64,000 nt of DNA, taken from assembly GCF_018350175.1 (NCBI RefSeq), contig NC_058368.1, positions 91,576,001 through 91,640,000 on the forward strand. The letters run 5' to 3'. Under the pieces are notes generated by a model. The model was not told the DNA's origin, ran no database searches, and was given only the letters and a program-made list of their open reading frames with translations. The DNA is from Felis catus (Eukaryota). A program made the position numbers and the translations under genes. Shown one piece after another: positions 49,201-62,991 of the stretch; the stretch's first letter is position 1, and every line of letters starts with the position of its first letter.

Positions 49201-51359
49201 CCTGGCTCTCAAACTCAAAAATTTCTTCCCAGTGACTTCCTGGCAGGCTCACTTTCTCTATTCATTCTTTTTCTTTCTGGTGGAGGTGGGGGAACAATTT
49301 GGGAGAACTTTATAAAACAGCAACGTGCTTAGAGCGAGCCAACCGTCGGGGGCATTTCTTTCGCAAACATATTTTGGAAATGTTTGAATTGGACCTCGAC
49401 GTTCTGGTTTTGAAGATTAGCGGCACAGCTCCTGAAGTTGGGCAGTCTGTAAACTGAATGATATCAGCAGGCAGAGAAGAGTTTCAGTCGTGCCATTTTA
49501 CTAGCTGTGTCCTCTAACCTCTGCATTTTCCTGGGTGGCCACTCCCTCTTTTCTTTTTTAAACTTTTTTTTAATGTTTAGTTTTAAGAGAGAGAGAGGGA
49601 GATAGAATTCAAAGCAGGTTTCAGACTCTGAGCTGTCAGCACAGAGTCCGATGCGGGGCTTGAACTCACGAACCATGAGATCATGACCTGCGCCCAAGTC
49701 AGACACTTAACCGACTGAGCCACCTAGGCGCCCCTCAGCTCCCTCGTTTCTAAGGGTCACAACAACCTCTGTATTGACAAGCAAATAATAGAGAGGAAAG
49801 TGTTAGTCTGTAAGTGCGCTTCTTGATGGTAACAGAATATTTGAGGGTGGTCGCTTAAAAAACTCGGTCATTGGATTACCTTGCATAACCAGAGATGCCC
49901 AGAAGTTAGTTCCCGAGTTAGTTCGATGACTTGGCCACCAGTGGGGGCCAGGTCAGTGTTTGCCATTCATTGTCTTGGCTTTTCCTCATGGTGTCAAGAT
50001 GGCTGCCGCAGCTCCAACCATATGTCTTCACACAAGAGTAACCAAGGTAGAAGAGAAGGGAGCAGGAAAAAGAGTCATCTTCTCAGTAGGCTTTCTCTTT
50101 TGTTTGAGTCAGAGCAGGGAAGCTCCCAGTACCTCTCAGAAGACTTCCAGTGTGGCCACCAACCAGAGCCAAGGCCCATGACTGCCATCATCCTTTCACT
50201 GGCAAGGGTAATGGGGTTGCCACAGGAGTGGCCAATCTTTTTTTTTTTTTTAAGTTTATTTGAGAGAGCCTGTTGGCAGGGGCAGAGAGAAACAATCCCA
50301 AGCAGGCTCAGCACCATCAGCCCAGAACCTGATGTGGGGCTCGAACTCATGAATGAGATCATGATCTGAGCCGAAATCAAGAGTCAGACACTTAAACGAC
50401 TGAGCCTCCCAGGCATCTCAGCTTCGGCCAATCTTGATTTCTCCCCAGGCACAGGCTGGGCACATTGCCACTATTACAGAATTGTGGTTTTGTTAGGAAG
50501 GAAGACAGGGAATGTTTTGGGGAGCAACCAACCGTGTCAGGTGGGTGCTGTTGAATGTTACCCCAGAGGAGGGTTTGGGTGGGGGGCAACGGTCCTCCAC
50601 TGGCCTCCCAGTTTTCATAACCATACCTCCTTTGGGAACACTCCACAGCCACAAAATTTCAGTTTCCCTCAGTCTCCAGCTCTGCCTTCAGCCACAGTCA
50701 AAGTCAAGGTTGGCGTGTTCATGAATTCTGTCTGGCACAACCCCATTCTTTGGCGCTTATGGTCTTTAACCCTTCGGTGGATGCCATTTTGACCCCAGAG
50801 TGACTGGCTGGGGTGGCCTCCATGCTGGGAAGGCATTTTCAGTCTCTGCTTCCCAACTTTTTCTGCACCACAGCTCACACAGGGGAGAGGATACCTCTGT
50901 CACCGTGCAGTAGATGGAAGAGGTTGTTCCGAGGACAGGGAGATCAGTACACCCCAAATTGTGTATGGAGCCCTGTATCCATTAGATGTGCCCCAACAGC
51001 TCTCCTCTTTGTCCTCCCCTACCCCACTGCCATGGGTCTCCTTGGCTTTTCTCAGCAGCCATATGTCACCGTGGCCCCCAAAGTCCCCTCCAGAGTGTGT
51101 GCCATTATAACCGTGGTCCCCAGGGCAGGATGGCCCTTTTACCCTCACCAAGCATCATCATCATCCAGCCTTTCTACATGTCTTTGGATTCTTGCCCCTT
51201 CACATGGCAGTGTGACAAGACCCTGCCTCCGACTGGCTTAAGTTAAAAAGGGAATTTATCAGCTAGGAGGTTGCCACAGCCTTGCCTGGCACCGTGTGCC
51301 ATGGTGGCTTTGCGGGCCTCAGTTTGGGAGAGGAAAGGCTCTGGATGAGGAGTCAGAAG

Positions 51360-51910
51360 GCCACTGTCTCAGACTGTTCCAGCTGCCATAACAAAATACC
51401 GTGGACTGAGTGGCTTAAAAACAAACATTTCTTTCTCACAGTTCTGGAGGCTGGAAGTGCAAGATCAAGGCCCTGGAAGATCCAGTGTCTGGTGGGGGCC
51501 CTTGTTTCCTTGTTCACAGGTGGCTGTCTTCACTGTGTCTTCACACAGCAGAAGGGACAAGAGAGCTCTCTGAGTTCTCTATCTCTCTCTCTTTTTTTTT
51601 TAACATTTATTTATTTATTTATTGAGAGAGAGGGGGAGTGGGTAGGGGCAGAGGAAAAGGAGGAGAGAGAGAATCCCAAGCTGACAGGGGCTGACAGCAC
51701 AGAGCTGACACCGAGCTTGAACTCACAAATCCATGAGATCATGACCTGAGCCGAGATCAAGAGTTGGATGCTCAACTGACTGAGCTACCCAGGCACCCCT
51801 GAGGTCCCTTTAATAAGGGCACTAAGTCCTAATCATGTCCCAAAGGCCCCACTTCCTAATACCATCACATTGGGGATTAGGTTTCAACACGAGATAGGGG
51901 GTGAACTCTG
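51360..51910. mobile_element. MLT1 (ERVL-MaLR) solo LTR split by a CanSINE
   Basis: gctgccataacaaaatacc...tctcacagttctggaggctggaag...aataccatcacattggggattaggtttcaaca. Confidence 0.8.
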
Positions 51911-54789
51911 GGCACCCCGTCCCCTGTCTGTCACCTCCAGGGCCGCACAGGGCTTTGATATAATCCTGTACCTTCAGAGTAGCTTTCTCCTTCACCAGCT
52001 TTCTACACATTTCTCCCTTCTCCCTGATTAATTCTAACTCCCACCATGAGTCATTGATAGGTGTTGCTGGGAAATAGAGTTCTTTCAAACCTGCTCTTTG
52101 CAGGGCAGGTGTAGACCTTTTTGTCTTTGCCCCTTGGCTCTCCAACTCCCATGGCTGCTGAATTGTGGCCACTTCCTTATATAGGATGTTATACCCAGTG
52201 TAGAGAAACAGCTTGCCAGCTTGGCTACCCTTCCTTTTCCTCCTTCTCTTTTAAAAAATTTTTTTTAATGTTTATTTATTTTTGAGACAGAGACAGACAG
52301 AGCATGAACAGGGGAGGGGCAGGGAGAGAGGAAGACACAGAATCTGAAACAGGCTCCAGGCTCTGAGCTGTCAGCACAGAGCCCGACGCGGGGCTTGAAC
52401 TCACGGACCGTGAGATCATGACCTGGGCTGAAGTCGGATGCATAACCGACCAAGCCACCCAGGCGCCCCTTTAAAAAATAAATAAAATAACCAAAGAGTA
52501 TGTTGATTTAACATGATTAATGTTCTTGATAATCCCACCACCTTAAAACAAGAACTATTTAACTTTTTGCATAATCCTTATCCTGGGACAGATTTACACC
52601 TACCCAATGCTAACCACAGAGTGTGTCCCATTTGTACATTGCTTGTATATATTTCAGTCTTGTATCAACATTTTTCCAGGTGGGCCCCCGGGTGGCTCTG
52701 TCGGTTAAGCATCCGACTCTCGGTTTCAGTTCAGGTCATGATCTCCCGGTTTCATGGGTTTGAGCCCTATGTTGGGCTCTAGTGCTGACAGTGCAGAGGC
52801 TGCTTGGGATTCTCGCTGTCTCTCTCTCTCTCTCTCTCTCTGCCCCTCCCCCACCCTTGCTGTCTCTGTCTCCCAAAAAACAAACAAAAACTTCAAAAAC
52901 ATTTTTCTAGGTGCTGCACGATCGTTATGGTCATGTTTCACAACTGCATCTGATCCTGTCAATGGAATCTGCATATTTCTTTTTTTTAATATATATTTTT
53001 TTTCATTTTAATGTTTATCTATTTTTGAGAGAAAGAGAGCACAAGTGGGGAAGGGGCAGAGAGAGAGGGAGACAAAGAAGCTGAAGCAGGCTCCAGGCTC
53101 TGAGCTGTCAGCACAGAGCCTGATGTGGAGCTTGAACTCACCAACCATGAGATCACGACCAGAGTCAAAGTCGGATGCCCAACTGACTGAGCCATCCAGG
53201 CACCCCTTTGTTTTCATTTTGGAGAGAGAGTATGAGTGGGGAAGAGGGGCAGAGGGAGACAGAATCTCAAGCAGGCTGCATGCTCAGCGCACAGCCTAAC
53301 ATGGGGCTCTATCACATGAACCATGAGATGATGACCTGAGCTGAAATGGAGAGTCCCCCGCTCAACACACTGACCCCCCCGGCCCCCCAGAATCTGCATC
53401 TATCAACACAGAGAATTGAGGCCTCCCCCACATTTTTGTTGGCACAGAATACAGTGTAGCCAGTGGTTTCATGGGGCAAGTTTCTTACTTGCGTTATTCT
53501 TTAGGGTGTAAGTAACTGCCTAAGGAAGAACATCTTTAGGGCTTTGCTTTTTGTTTTGATTTTAGATTATCCAAATTTGTCCAGGCAATCCACATTTATC
53601 CTCCTGTGGTATTCCAAACCTGTACCCTTGTGAAGTCATGTTTCAAGTTTTATGATGGGCAAAGTGGATTCAATCTATCTTTTGGTTGAGAGAAACATTT
53701 TTTTTTTTTTTTAAATGGGCTTCATGCCTAGCAGAGAGCCGAATTCGGGGCTTGAACTCAGCACCCTGAGATCAACACCTGAGCTGAGATCAAGAGCTGG
53801 ACACTTGATTGAGTGAGCCACCTGGGCGCCCCTGGTTGAATTTTTAAATTTTCAGTTGGATTTGTTGTTGTTGAAAGCAAAGGGCAATTTTGAAAACTGA
53901 AGATTTCATCTGATAATTAGGCTCATTTTTTTGGTTTGGTGCAGACCCCTTTCTTGAGCAGCATTTAGCCGAGCCAGGTACTGCGCTCAGTCTGCATGAG
54001 TTCTTTCTAATTCTGTGAACAAATGTAATTCGGTTTGGGGAGTGCTGTCTGGAGGCCACACACGACCTTCAGCTCCTTCCCCATTCGATTTTCTCCATGT
54101 GGAGGATCAGGATTAATCTTTAATTGTTGACACAGGCACTCAGAAAACATCCCTTCAGCATGTCCGGAAACATATTTCAGGACTAAGCACGAATCATTGG
54201 GAGAAAAAAATAGGTTTGCAGATGTAGTTTTAAAGAAAGACCCGTCAGGGTGCTCCTAGAGGCTATAGGGGAAATGACCGAGTGCCTCTCTTGTGGATAG
54301 CCTGCGCAGAAGTGTTCACATATACGTCCTCACGGTTTTTCTTTTTTTTAAAAATTTATTTATTTTGAGAGAGAGAAAGAGCTTGAGAGCAAGGGAGGGG
54401 CAGAGAGAGAGAGAGGGAGAGAGAGAGAGAGAATCCCCAGCAGGCCCCACATGTCAGCACAGAGCTGGATGCAGAGCTCCACGCACAACCGTGACATTGT
54501 GACCTGAGCTAAGGTCAAGAGTCAGATGCTTAACGACTGAGCCACCCAGGAGCCCCGCCCTTACAACATTTGTTAACAGCCCCATCTCAGTCCCCACCCC
54601 CCTATCAGGGGGGCACTTCACCCCTTCCAGAAGGGGTAGCGACTGGCCTCAGGTGGCAGTGTTTGTCTGAACCCAAGTCCTGGGTCCTTTCCGCAGCCTC
54701 ATGGCAAACTCTGTGGCAGCACTAATTGAGTTTGGTTCAGTAGCAACTTTTTCTGCCAGTGTAGACATCCTCCATACATGACTTGTTTG

Positions 54790-54990
54790 TAGGGTCGGGG
54801 GGAAGACTTTCACTTTAGGTAGACCCGGGTTGTATCCCCGCTCTGCCATTTCCCAGCTGTGTTACTTTCAGGTAAATGACTGGTTTTCTAAACCTCTGTT
54901 TGCCCGTCTATTAAACAGGGGATTATAATATTTGCCTCACAAGGTTTCCGTGGGGATTAAATGAGCTGATATAATCCAAAGTGTTCCAGA
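54790..54990. mobile_element. MIR SINE remnant
   Basis: agacccgggttgtatccccgctctgccatttcccagctgtg...ctctgtttgcccgtctattaaacagggg...ggattaaatgag core. Confidence 0.65.
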
Positions 54991-55937
54991 CATCATATAC
55001 ATCCTGAAACTGGCTGTTCTTATTAGAAGGCTTTCTGTGGCTGAATCCAGAAGGAGTGTGTATGTCTGTTTGCTAATTGAAGAGGCGGTCCCATGGTCCT
55101 TTTAATTAACGCTGAGATCCCACCATCCAAGGGAGGCCAGACAGAAGTGAAAAAGGTATTAACTTACATCAGTCTCTCAGTCAATGATGGGAAATGACTT
55201 CGTTCCTGAAGGAACGCAAGGACTGAATTGGCTTCATAATTCCCACTTTTTTTCTCCTTCCAGTTTCTCATTTAAGCAGAATGAGATTTTTTCATTTAAA
55301 CAAAGAAATTTCCCATTTGATGACCAAAATCAAAACGCAATTATTCACGAAAATTAGTATATGGATTTTTCATTGCAGAAGGGCCCCAAACACCTAATAA
55401 ATTCATTTTAAATAATAAGTCTGTTCATGTGGTTGTGCAATATGGCACGAACACCCCCAAATGCTCGTGATTAACCTGATGGATTAGAGGCCCCACACAC
55501 ATCTGCTTTAAGTCACATTGGTAAATGAGAAAATCTTTACTTTTTTTTTTTTTTTTTTTTTTTGATGTAGCCACAAAATCGGGAAGGAAGGGAAGTGCTT
55601 TCAAATGGGTAATTTCAGCTTCTAAAACTAACTATGGCTCCAACTTTGAGTTGTGAAACAAGTCATAAAACAATTATAGTGATTTCTGGGGGTTTTAGAG
55701 GACAGTTTAAATAAAACCTCCTCTGCTTCGGGCCTCCCAATAGGACTATCACACAAAACGCGCAGTCTGTCCATTCATTTCACGGTCCTTTCTGGGGGAT
55801 GGCGATGGCCATCCATGGCGTCTCCTTTTCAGCTGCGTGGTGTAGCTTAGTCCAGCGAAGGGCAAGTTCACCTGGCAATTGGGCTGGAGTATGTGGACTA
55901 TGAGGGCAAGCCACTGTGAGGGCGGGAGGGCACAAGG

Positions 55938-56095
55938 GTGTACACATGCACATGAAAGCAAGGGTGCACACATGTGAGTGTGCACACACGTGAGTGCCTG
56001 CCTTTGCGTGCATACATGTCTGTGCACACATGCATGCGTGTGTATGTGAATGCTTATGTGTGCATACACGTGGGTGTGCGTGTGCACATATGCAC
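55938..56095. repeat. Degenerate alternating purine-pyrimidine tract (TG/CA mix)
   Basis: gtgtacacatgcacatg...gtgtgcgtgtgcacatatgcac. Confidence 0.85.
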
Positions 56096-57384
56096 CACAG
56101 AGGTTGTCCCACTCAGGTCCTCCTGAAAGCCCCTTTAACTGGACCCTCACAGCTCAAGCCGTGGGCTCTAGAGTTGTGAGATCTGGGTCTGAGTCTGGAG
56201 ATGCCTGTAAACTGGCTGCAGTTGGGACACCTGGGTGGCTCAGTCGGTTGAGCATCTGACTTTGGCCCAGGTCATGATCTCATGGTTCACAAGTTCGAGT
56301 CCCACATCAGGCTTTGTGCTGACAGCTCAGAGCCTGGAACCTGCTTCTGATTCTGTGTCTCCCTCTCTCTCTGCCCCTCCCCAGCTCATGCTCTGTCTCT
56401 CTCTCAAAAATAAATAAAAACGTAAAAAAATTAAAAAATAAAATCAACTGACTGCAGTGCCTTGGAGACCAATGAGTTGGCTTTTCCAAACCTCCACTTC
56501 CACCTCTGGAAAAAGGGTGACAGGGGTGTCTGGATAGCTTAGTAGGTAAGTGTCCGACTTGGTCTGAGATCTCATGATCTCATGACTTCATGATTTCACG
56601 GTTTGTGAGTTCAAGCCCTGCGTGGGGTTCACTGCTGTCAGCACAGAGCCCATGTCAGATCCTCTGTCTTCCTCTCTCTCTGCCCCTCTCCGGCTTGCAC
56701 GTTTGTGCTCTCTCTTTCTCTCTTTCTCAAAAATAAGTAAACTTAAAAAAATTTTTATAAAAGGAAAAGGGGGACAGTGTCTGCTTCACTCTTTCCCTGA
56801 GGATGACGTGATACTCACTTCCTACGACAATGAGTGAGAAGTCACGTCACCCCCTACCCACACCCTGCCTTGCTTATCCTGATGGTGGGTGGCTGCTAGG
56901 ACTGTTCATTAACATCCAGTGCCAGGGCCCTTCCTGGGGATGGTTCCTCCTCCTCCTTGTGCCTGTCGTAAGGCTCACACCTAGGCCTGGCTTCCAGGGA
57001 ACAAGCTGGAAGAAGATGGCTCTACCCAGCTGGCTGGTCCTGTGATCATTTCTTCATGGGCTTTCTTCTGTCCCCTTCCTTTAGCACCTGGCCTTTCTGG
57101 AAATGCTTTGTCTCTCTGGGTCCTGTCCCTCTGTGCCTCGGGCAGGCCTGGCCACTCCTCATTCTTCTTGTCCACTTCCTAGATATTCTCAGTGGAGTTC
57201 GGTTCTCTCCCCATCAACCCTCAATGCCTCCTATGGCCTGTGGGCCCATGAAGAGAAAGCACCTCACTCAGCTCTGCGGTCAGGCCTCCATGTCCTTTGA
57301 GTCTCCCCTTGCTCCAAGATGCCTCCTTGCCCATCCATCCCCATAGGCAGCAGGCGGGGTGGGGTGGGCTTTTGGGGAGACCCC

Positions 57385-57960
57385 ATCTGTCTTTGCTCAG
57401 GCTGCCATTACAAAGTACCCCAGTCAAGGGGGGTGTAAACCACGGAGATTTATTTCCTCACAGTTCTGGAGTCTGGAAGCCAGAGGTCAAGGTGTTGGCT
57501 GGATTGGCTTCCCCCGATGCCTCTCCTTGGCTTACAGATGGCTGTGCCCTTGCTGTGTCCTCACACGGTCTCCCCTCTATGTGTCAGTGTCCTAATCTCC
57601 TCTTCTATTAAGGATGTCAGTCACATTGTATTAGGGCCCACCTTAGTGACTTCCTTTTGACTTAATCACCTCTTTAAGGTTTATTTATTTTGAGAGAGAG
57701 AGAGGGAGAGGGAGAGCATGAGTGGAGGAGGGGCAGAGAGAGAGAGGGAGAGAGAATCCCAAGCAGCCTCTTGCACTGTCAGTGAATTGTGAGATCATAA
57801 CCTGAGCCGAAATTAAGAGTGGGAAGCTTAACTGACTGAGCCACCAGGCACCCCTTAATCACCTCTTTAAACATTGTGTCTCCAAATACAGTCACATTCT
57901 GAGCTATTAAGGTTAGGACCTCAACATATGGACTCTGGAAAGACACAAGGCAGCCCAAGA
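57385..57960. mobile_element. MLT1 (ERVL-MaLR) solo LTR split by a CanSINE
   Basis: ggctgccattacaaagtacc...ctcacagttctggagtctggaag...ctccaaatacagtcacattctgag; ttaatcacctctttaa duplicated around the SINE. Confidence 0.8.
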
Positions 57961-58929
57961 CACTGTCTAATCAGATGACATGCCAGGGTAAACTGTAGGC
58001 ATTCCCTGTGGACAAGACCAAGAGGTCAGGGTCAGCGAAAGCAGGTGACCTCAGTGTGGGGATTGTGGCAGGGCCTGGCTTGGTGACCTGGGGTCACTGG
58101 AGAAGACCTGCCATTGTGTGGGAAGGCTTGGAGGCTCTGCCCAGGGACAGCCCGAGGACTCTCCTCAGTCTGTCAAAACCTGTGGTGGAGACCATCCACT
58201 CTCTACCCAGGGCCACTGATGGGATTTTGTTCTGTCAGCCCAGTATGGTGAACCGTGTGATGAACCGTAGCAGATTCTGACAGGATGAGATGTAGGTCTT
58301 TGAAAAATCATAAATGGAGGGGCAAAGGGGCATGACTGGGTGGCTCAGTCAGTTGAGCATTGATTTTGGCTCAGGTCATGATCTCATGGTTTGAGAGTTC
58401 AAGCCCTGCATTGGGCTGTCTTCTGTCAGTACGGAGCTGGCTTCGGATCCTCTGTTTCCCTCTTTCACTTCCCCATTCACTCTCTCTTTCTCTCTCTCAA
58501 AAATAAACATTAAAAAAAAAGAAAAGAAAAATCATAAAGGGGAGCACGAATGAGGATCGCTGAAGAATTGCATCTTGCTTACAGACTAAACCTTTTGAAG
58601 CACACTAACGTGTTTCAGGGCTCAGGAGTGACCCCTATGGAAATGTGTGCCCATGCAGTTTGGAGGTCACTCAGTGTGCCAGTGGGAGTCACTGAGTAAA
58701 CCCCATGTTCCTTAGGAAAACATTTCTGAGCTCCTGCCAAATGCCTGGGTTGGGCTGGGTGCTCTCACTGGCTCTTCACTTGACTCTGCTGGGGGTTTAC
58801 CTGGCACTGACCAGGGTGGACCATGCAGCCCAGTGGGGTGAAGTGATGCCCTTTGATCCCGGGGCCCCTGCTCTACCATCCCATGGGAGCCACGACTGTG
58901 GGAACCGGGACCCAGGTGTTTTGTAGTTT

Positions 58930-61470
58930 AGTTTGTTTTTTGGGTCTATTTGACACATAATGAACTCCAAATATTTTAAAGTTACAGTTTGATAATTTGT
59001 GACGTATGTGTGCATATGTGAAACTATCTCTACAGTCAAGGTAGTGAACATATCCATCACCCTCAAAGCTTCCTCTGCCCCCTTGACTTCTGTCCCTTCC
59101 ACCTGCCACTCAGGTATTGCTGATTTCTCTTGTTATTGATTAGTCTTTTTTTTTTTTTTGGATTTTTATATGAATAGAATTATACAATATTTGCTCTTTG
59201 GTTGTGTGTGGGTGTATTTGGTTTCCTTCAATCAGTATAATTATTGAGAGATTCATTGATAGTTTTGCATGTATTATCATTTCATTCTTTTTCATTACCA
59301 AGTGTTATTTCATTATATAGATAAACCATAATTTGTTTATCCACTCACCTGTTAATGGATATTTGGGTTTGTTCCTCGTTTGGAGCTATTACAAATAAAG
59401 CTGCTTTATTAACATTTGTGTACAAGTCTTTGTATGGACATGCTCTTTCATGTCTCTTGGGTGTAAGTACCTTGGAATGAAGTAGTTGATCATCTGATAG
59501 GTGTAGGATTAACTTTTTTTTTTTTTTTTAAGTTTGTGTATTTTGAGGTGGGGAGGGGCAGAGAGAGAGAGGGAGGGAGAGAATATCAAGCAGACTGTGG
59601 TTTCAGTGCAGACCCTGAGGCGGGGCTCAATCCCAGGAACTGTGAGACCATGACCTGAGCTGAAATCGAGAGTTGGACGCTCAACAGAGTGAACCACGCA
59701 GGCGCCCTACAAGATTAACTTTTCAGGAAGCTGCCCAACTCTTGTTGAAAGCCATTGTATCATTTTATATTCCCACTAGCAGCATAAACAGAATGTGAGT
59801 TCTGTTTATCCACATAATTTGCCCTTTTACCTCTGGCTGCTTTTGACATTTTCTCGTGATCACTGGTTTAAGCAATTCAAATGTGATATGCTTTGGTGTC
59901 ATTTTCTTTGTGTTTATTGTGCTTGAGTTTCACTGAGATTCTTGGATCTGTGGGTTTATAGTTTTCATCAAACTTTGAAAAATGTTGTGGCCATCATTTC
60001 TTCAAATACTTTTTTCTGTCCTACTTTTTCTGTCCCCCAATTTGGGGACTCCACTTACATGTGCATTAGGAGACCCAGAGTTCACTGATACTCTTCTTTT
60101 TTCTTCTCTTTTCTCTTTTCTTTTCTTTTCTTCCTTTCTTTCTTTTTTAAAATTCTTTCTGTCTGTCCATTTTGGATAATTTCTCCTGCTGTCTTCAGGT
60201 TCACTAATCTTCTCTTCTTCAGTGTCTAATCTTGTCCTTAATCCCCCCTACCCTGTTTTTCACCTCAGACATGGTAGTTTTCAACTCTAGAATTTCAGTT
60301 TAGAGATTTTGATTTCTTTGATGCCTCTGCTTAACTCTCTGAACATGTACCACATGGTTATAATTTTTGTTTTATAGTCTTTGTGGGAAAATTCTAACAT
60401 CTATGTCAGTTTTGGGTTCATTTCGGTTAACTAATTTTTTTCTGCCCCTTATGGGGCCTATTTTCCTGCTGGTAATTTCTTTTTCTAAAATTTGTTTAAA
60501 AAAATGTTTACTTATTTTTGAGAGAGAGTGAGCACCCGCGTGTGAGCAAGCATGGGGGAGGGGCAGAGAGAACCGGAGACACAGAATGGGAAGCAGGCTC
60601 TAGGCTCTGAGCTGTCAGCACAGAGCCTGATGTGGCTCTCAGACCCACGAGCTGCGAGACCTCAGTCAAAATCAGATGCTTAAACTGACTGAGCCACCCA
60701 GGTGTTCCCTCCTGCTGGTAATTTCTTATTGTATGCTGGACATTATGAATTTTACCTCATTGGAGGTTGAGTATTTTGTATTTCTGTAAATTTTCATGAG
60801 CTTTGTTATGTTACAGTTATTCAGAAACAGTTGGACCCTTTGAGTCTTGTATTTAGGATATGTGAGGTGGGACCAGAGCCACGGTTAGCCTAGGGTTGAT
60901 TACTCCTTATCTCTGAGGCAAAAGACCCTCCTTGGTGCTCTACTCAGTGATTTATGAGTGTGAATTAGGGGTTTCCCGGTTTGGCTGGGGGAATGGGCAC
61001 CCTTCCCTGCCCCATGTAAGACTGAGGCACTGTTCCCTGCATCTTTTTGGGTGGTTCTTCTCCCTGCCACGGGTCATTGCCTCCTACACATGCTGATCAG
61101 TGCTCCACAGACATCTGCAAAGAACCTCACAGATCTCTGGTTCTCTCGGGTCCTCTGCTCTGTAGTCCCAACTGCCTGGCATCCCTGGACTTCCAGGTCC
61201 ATCTTTCAACTTTGGATAGCTGCCAGGCTTCATGTGTGATTCCCCCTTCCCTGTGCCCAGCCTGGAAACTCTCCCCAGGCAGGAAGCAAGAGCAGTTGTT
61301 CTCTGTCTGAGATCACTCTCCTTTCCTGCTCGGTATCGGTATCCTCAAAACCTCTGTTTCATGTATTTTATTTGCAGAATTTGTTGTGGTGGTTTTTTGA
61401 GTTTTTGGTGGTATTATTTTATGCAGGGAGATAAATATAGTCATTGCTCCTGTATCTTGCCTAGAAGTAG
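58930..61470 (-). mobile_element. Old LINE-1 (L1M-type) fragments interrupted by CanSINEs
   Basis: T-rich degenerate sequence with typical L1M phrases (ccactcacctgttaatggatatttgg; ttcttggatctgtgggtttatagttttcatcaaa). Confidence 0.7.
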
Positions 61471-62024
61471 AAATCCACGATGTGGCCTTTAAAATGTTTT
61501 GGAATAATTCTAGATTTATAGAAAAACATAGTTACAGGGGTGCCTGGGTGGCTCAGTCAATTGAGCATCTGACTTGGACTTGGGTTGTGAGTTCGATCCC
61601 CATTTCAGGCTCTCCGGGGTCAGCATGCAGCCTGCTTCAGATCTTCTGTCTCCCTGTTTCTGCCTAGCTCCTGCTTGTGAGCTTGCTCGCTCTCTCTCTC
61701 TCTCAAAAATAAATAAACATAATAAAAGAAAAATATAGGGGCGCCTGGGTGGCTCAGTCAGTTAAGCATCCGACTTCGGCTCAGGTCATGATCTCATGGT
61801 TCATGGGTTTGAGCCCTGCATCCAGCTCTATGCTGATAGCTCAGAGCTTGGAGCCTGATTCGGATTCTGTGTCTTCCTCTCTCTCTGTCCCTCCCCTGCT
61901 CACACTGTCTCTCTCAAAAAGAATAAACATTAATAAAAATTTTTTGAAAAAAATGAAAAATGTAGTTACATATGTACATAACTGTAACACATTTGTCCAA
62001 AGTAAGAAATTAACTGTAATAACT

Positions 62025-62562
62025 TACTGTAGCAGGCAGAGTTCTAGGACAGCCCTCAGGATTCCCACCCCTTGTTGTACACACTTTGTATAATTCCCTC
62101 CCCGGTGATTATGACGGTATCACTCCTTTGAGTTGCCAATGAGTTGGCTGAGTTCATTACAAATCTTATCTTTGGTGGGCCTGACATAAGCAGGTGAGGT
62201 CTTAGAAGGGACTGGGTCCTTCCTGAAGTCAGAGGGATCTGAAGCATGAGAGCATGTGTGGAGGGGGCACATGTCAAGGAACTCTGAGTGGCCTCTAGAT
62301 GCTGAGAGTGGCCCCTGGCCAGCAGCCAGCAAGAGAATGGGGCTTGCAGACCACAAGGAACCACATGAGTTTTAAAGGGGATCCAGAGGTCTAGAAAGAA
62401 ACACCCAGCTGATGCATTGATTTCAGCCTCAAGAGACCATGAGCAGGGAAGCAAACTTGGCTGTGTTCAGACCTTTGACCACAGAAAGCATAGTAAATGT
62501 GTATTGTTTTAAGCCACGGATTTTGTGACAATTTGTTACACGGCAATTGCAAACTAATACAA
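62025..62562. mobile_element. MLT1-type solo LTR
   Basis: tgtagcaggcag...ccagcagccagcaag...gatttcagcct...ttgttttaagccac...aatttgttacac...aactaataca. Confidence 0.75.
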
Positions 62563-62717
62563 TTACTATTAACTAAAAAGGACCAGGTCGAATTCCTTAG
62601 TAACAATATCCCACTGTTAATCTAGCAAGGTTTCAACAAAGACCTCTGTGAGGAGCAGCATGAAGCCATGAGTCCATTCCCACCACCTATGATTTTTTAA
62701 AAAAATTTCTAATGTTT

Positions 62718-62919
62718 GGGGCGCCTGGGTGGCGCAGTCGGTAAGCGCCCGACTTCAGCCAGGTCACGATCTCGCGGTCCGTGAGTTCGAGCCCTGTGTC
62801 GGGCTCTGGGCTGATGGCTCAGAGCCTGGAGCTTGTTTCCGATTCTGTGTCTCCCTCTCTCTCTGCCCCGCCCCCGTTCATGCTCTGTCTCTCTCTGTCC
62901 CAAAAATAAATAAACGTTG
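62718..62919 (+). mobile_element. Young CanSINE nested in the tail of an opposite-strand CanSINE
   Basis: Perfect TSD AAAAATTTCTAATGTTT at 62701-62717 and 62920-62936; host element continues to about 63158. Confidence 0.9.
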
Positions 62920-62941
62920 AAAAATTTCTAATGTTTATATA

Positions 62942-62991
<50 letters not shown>

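Noticed and set aside
49881..51749. ORFs of 140-160 aa in COL23A1 intron 1
   Set aside because: Largely overlap MaLR LTR and SINE sequence; no domain-like composition or splice-consistent structure.
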